Of a stretch of 64,000 nt of DNA, positions 61,921-64,000 are shown piece after piece. Source of the DNA: Vulcanimicrobiota bacterium (GTDB lineage Bacteria > Vulcanimicrobiota > Vulcanimicrobiia > Vulcanimicrobiales > Vulcanimicrobiaceae); the NCBI GenBank assembly GCA_963833095.1, contig CAWHWQ010000005.1, positions 448,001 through 512,000 of the forward strand, written 5' to 3'. The notes beneath the pieces are model-generated. The model did not search any database. It was not told the origin of the DNA and was given only the letters and a program-made list of their open reading frames with translations. Position 1 is the first letter of the stretch. Every line of letters begins with the position of its first letter. The translations under genes were made by a program, and so were the position numbers.

Positions 61921-62590
61921 CGTTCATCTTCGCGATGATCGGCGGCGTCGGGCAGACGCCGTTCACCGGGCACTGACCGCACAACGGCGTCGGAGCCTTA
62001 CAAATTTCCCGGCCGTGTAAGATGAGCCAGTGGTGCGCAAAGCGCCACTTCTCGCGCGGCACGAGCGCCGTCACGTCTTCTTCCACGCCCAGCGGCGTCG
62101 TCGCCGTGGTCAGACCGAGCCGATGCGAAACGCGAAACACGTGCGTATCGACCGCGAACGCCGCATCCTCAAAAGCAACCGACATCACGACCGAGGCGGT
62201 CTTGCGCCCGACGCCGGCGAGCGATTGCAACGCGTCACGGTCGTTGGGAATTTCGCCGCCGAACTTATCGACCAAATCCTTCGCCGCGCTGATGATGTTT
62301 TTGGCCTTCATCCGGAAGAAGCCGGTCGATCTGACGAGCTGCTCAACATCGGCGACCTTCGCTTTGGCTAGCGCATGCGGCGTCGGATACTTTGTAAAGA
62401 GTTGCGGCGTGGTTTGATTAACGCGCGCGTCGGTGGTCTGGGCAGAGAGTATTACCGACACCAAGAGCTCGAATGGATTGCGATAGTGCAGGGCGGTCAC
62501 CGCGTGCGGATAGGTGCGCTCGAGAATCGCGAGCTCTTGCTCGGCGATTTCGAGCGAAATCACCTTTTTTGGGAACGGTATCTTCGGCAT
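61829..62590 (-). CDS. nth: Endonuclease III
   Basis: LSAQTTDARVN, LAGVGRKTA, VDTHVFR, CKAPTPLCGQCPVNGVC. Confidence 0.94.
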   Translation of the reverse strand: MPKIPFPKKVISLEIAEQELAILERTYPHAVTALHYRNPFELLVSVILSAQTTDARVNQTTPQLFTKYPTPHALAKAKVADVEQLVRSTGFFRMKAKNIISAAKDLVDKFGGEIPNDRDALQSLAGVGRKTASVVMSVAFEDAAFAVDTHVFRVSHRLGLTTATTPLGVEEDVTALVPREKWRFAHHWLILHGREICKAPTPLCGQCPVNGVCPTPPIIAKMNATTAAGRIRPSAKAAATRRPARSVSTKKKR

Positions 62591-62632
62591 CTTAGAAGCG
62601 GTTTTTCCGCACGACGTTAGAACCCATTCCGA

Positions 62633-63913
62633 ATGACGTTTTCCGGACCGTCGCAGGCCAACGAGCGAGCGGTCGAGCTGCGTGCCGCGGGACGGTTGCC
62701 CGAGGCGATCGCCGCGCTTCGCGACGGTGTCGCCCTCTTCCCGAACGTGATCGAGCTGCATCAGAATCTCGCCCACATGCTCTACGAGTTCGGCGAGCTT
62801 CCCGGCGCGATTGCCGAGCACCGCGCGGTGCTCGGCATCGAAGAGAATAACGTGGCCTCTCGCTTGGGCCTCTATGAGCTGCTGCAAATCGCCGGCGAGC
62901 GCGATGAAGCACTCGTCCATCAGCGCGTCGCGCTGCGCATTCGGCGACTGTTTTCACAAATTGCTCCGCACGAGCAGCGCAGCATATTATGCTTGTGCGG
63001 CCCGGGTGATTGGCAAGCGAACATTCCGGTCGATTTTCTCTTCAACCACGATACGACTACCGTGCACAAACTCTATCTTGTCGATGACAAAGACATGGAC
63101 GCCCAGGTCCCGCTGCGATACGACGTGGTGTGGAACACAATCGCCGAGTCACCCGAGGCGCTCCCCTATCTCGCGCTCGCTAACCGGTTCATGCACGCGC
63201 ACAGCAAACCCACGCTCAACTCGCCTGCGCGCGTTATCACGACCGGTCGATCGCTCCTGGACTCAACGCTTTCCGGAACGAACGCTCGGGTCGCGCCTGT
63301 AGTCATCGTCGAGCAGGAACGTCTGCGCAATGCTGCGTTGCCCCTTGCCTTTCCGCTCATCGCGCGTCCGCTCGGCTCGCACGCGGGTCAAGGCCTCGAA
63401 CGTCTAGCCGATCAGGATGCGTGCGGACCATATGTCGAGCGCAATCCGTCGCAACGGTATTTCGTGAGTTCATTTATCGACTACGCGAGCGCCGACGGCT
63501 ATTTTCGCAAGTACCGCGTGGTCTTTGTGGATGGAATACCCTACCCAGTTCATCTCGCGATCTCGCCCAATTGGATGATTCACTATTACAACGCGCCGAT
63601 GCGCGAGCATGAGTGGATGCGCAAGGAAGAGGCTGCTTTTCTCGCGGATCCGCGCCTGGCATTTGACGGCCCCCGCTTCGAGACATTGGTAAAGATCGGC
63701 GCTGCCGTGGGCCTCGAGTACTTCGGCATCGACTGCGGAATCGACCGCGAGGGGAACGTGCTCGTCTTCGAGGCCGACGCTGCGATGCTCGTGCATACCA
63801 GCGACCCAATCGATCTTTATCCCTACAAACACGAGTTCGTTCCCAGAATCTACCGCGCAGTGGAGCAAATGATCGACCGGCGCAAAGCCGGCGCCTCGCC
63901 TGCCGATACCTAA
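62633..63913 (+). CDS. TPR-repeat protein with C-terminal ATP-grasp-like domain
   Basis: N-terminal TPR-like helices; FPLIARPLGSHAGQG, FIDY, RKYRV, YFGIDC, VFEAD. Confidence 0.75.
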   Translation: MTFSGPSQANERAVELRAAGRLPEAIAALRDGVALFPNVIELHQNLAHMLYEFGELPGAIAEHRAVLGIEENNVASRLGLYELLQIAGERDEALVHQRVALRIRRLFSQIAPHEQRSILCLCGPGDWQANIPVDFLFNHDTTTVHKLYLVDDKDMDAQVPLRYDVVWNTIAESPEALPYLALANRFMHAHSKPTLNSPARVITTGRSLLDSTLSGTNARVAPVVIVEQERLRNAALPLAFPLIARPLGSHAGQGLERLADQDACGPYVERNPSQRYFVSSFIDYASADGYFRKYRVVFVDGIPYPVHLAISPNWMIHYYNAPMREHEWMRKEEAAFLADPRLAFDGPRFETLVKIGAAVGLEYFGIDCGIDREGNVLVFEADAAMLVHTSDPIDLYPYKHEFVPRIYRAVEQMIDRRKAGASPADT

Positions 63914-63919
63914 AGGGTC

Positions 63920-64000
63920 ATGACCGCGTCTAGGCCGTATGAGCTTGCCGTCGTTGGCGGTGGCCTCTCGGCCACCGCGCTTGCTTGCGCGCTCAGCGCA
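63920..64000 (+). CDS. FAD/NAD(P)-binding protein, 3'-truncated by the window
   Basis: MTASRPYELAVVGGGLSA Rossmann-type start. Confidence 0.6.
   Translation, partial: MTASRPYELAVVGGGLSATALACALSA

Overview
GC-rich bacterial chromosome segment made mostly of housekeeping genes. The gene set (futalosine menaquinone genes, RNase J, LCP protein, TolC, GT9 heptosyltransferase-like gene, NHL-type lipoprotein) suggests a diderm Terrabacteria lineage such as Ca. Eremiobacterota; this is inference only. Gene order: MarR; ilvB-ilvN-ilvC-ilvD-ilvE-leuA (minus strand) with an unannotated Leu/Val/Ile-rich leader peptide and attenuator; GT2; a ~155-nt structured ncRNA candidate whose 3' half is repeated after an adjacent orphan gene; rlmN, UDG, YbjQ, GT9, DUF2079; prfB with its programmed +1 frameshift; secA; GAF histidine kinase; lipoprotein, deacetylase, LCP, rimO, yajQ, RodZ-like, mnmA; multi-PAS protein; mqnE-A-C; PAP2; ftsK; isocitrate/isopropylmalate dehydrogenase; two double-PilZ paralogs; EamA; rnj; a Yip1-TolC-MFP-two permease-ATPase exporter; htrA; dnaK-grpE-dnaJ; VOC; ABC transporter; pirin; CoA-transferase A/B; acyl-CoA dehydrogenase; a secreted PAAK-repeat protein; nth; a TPR/ATP-grasp protein. 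From about 15.8 to 58 kb many essential genes are broken by single-base indels, most likely sequencing or consensus errors, so coordinates there are approximate. No CRISPR array, rRNA, canonical tRNA, integrase or transposase was seen.
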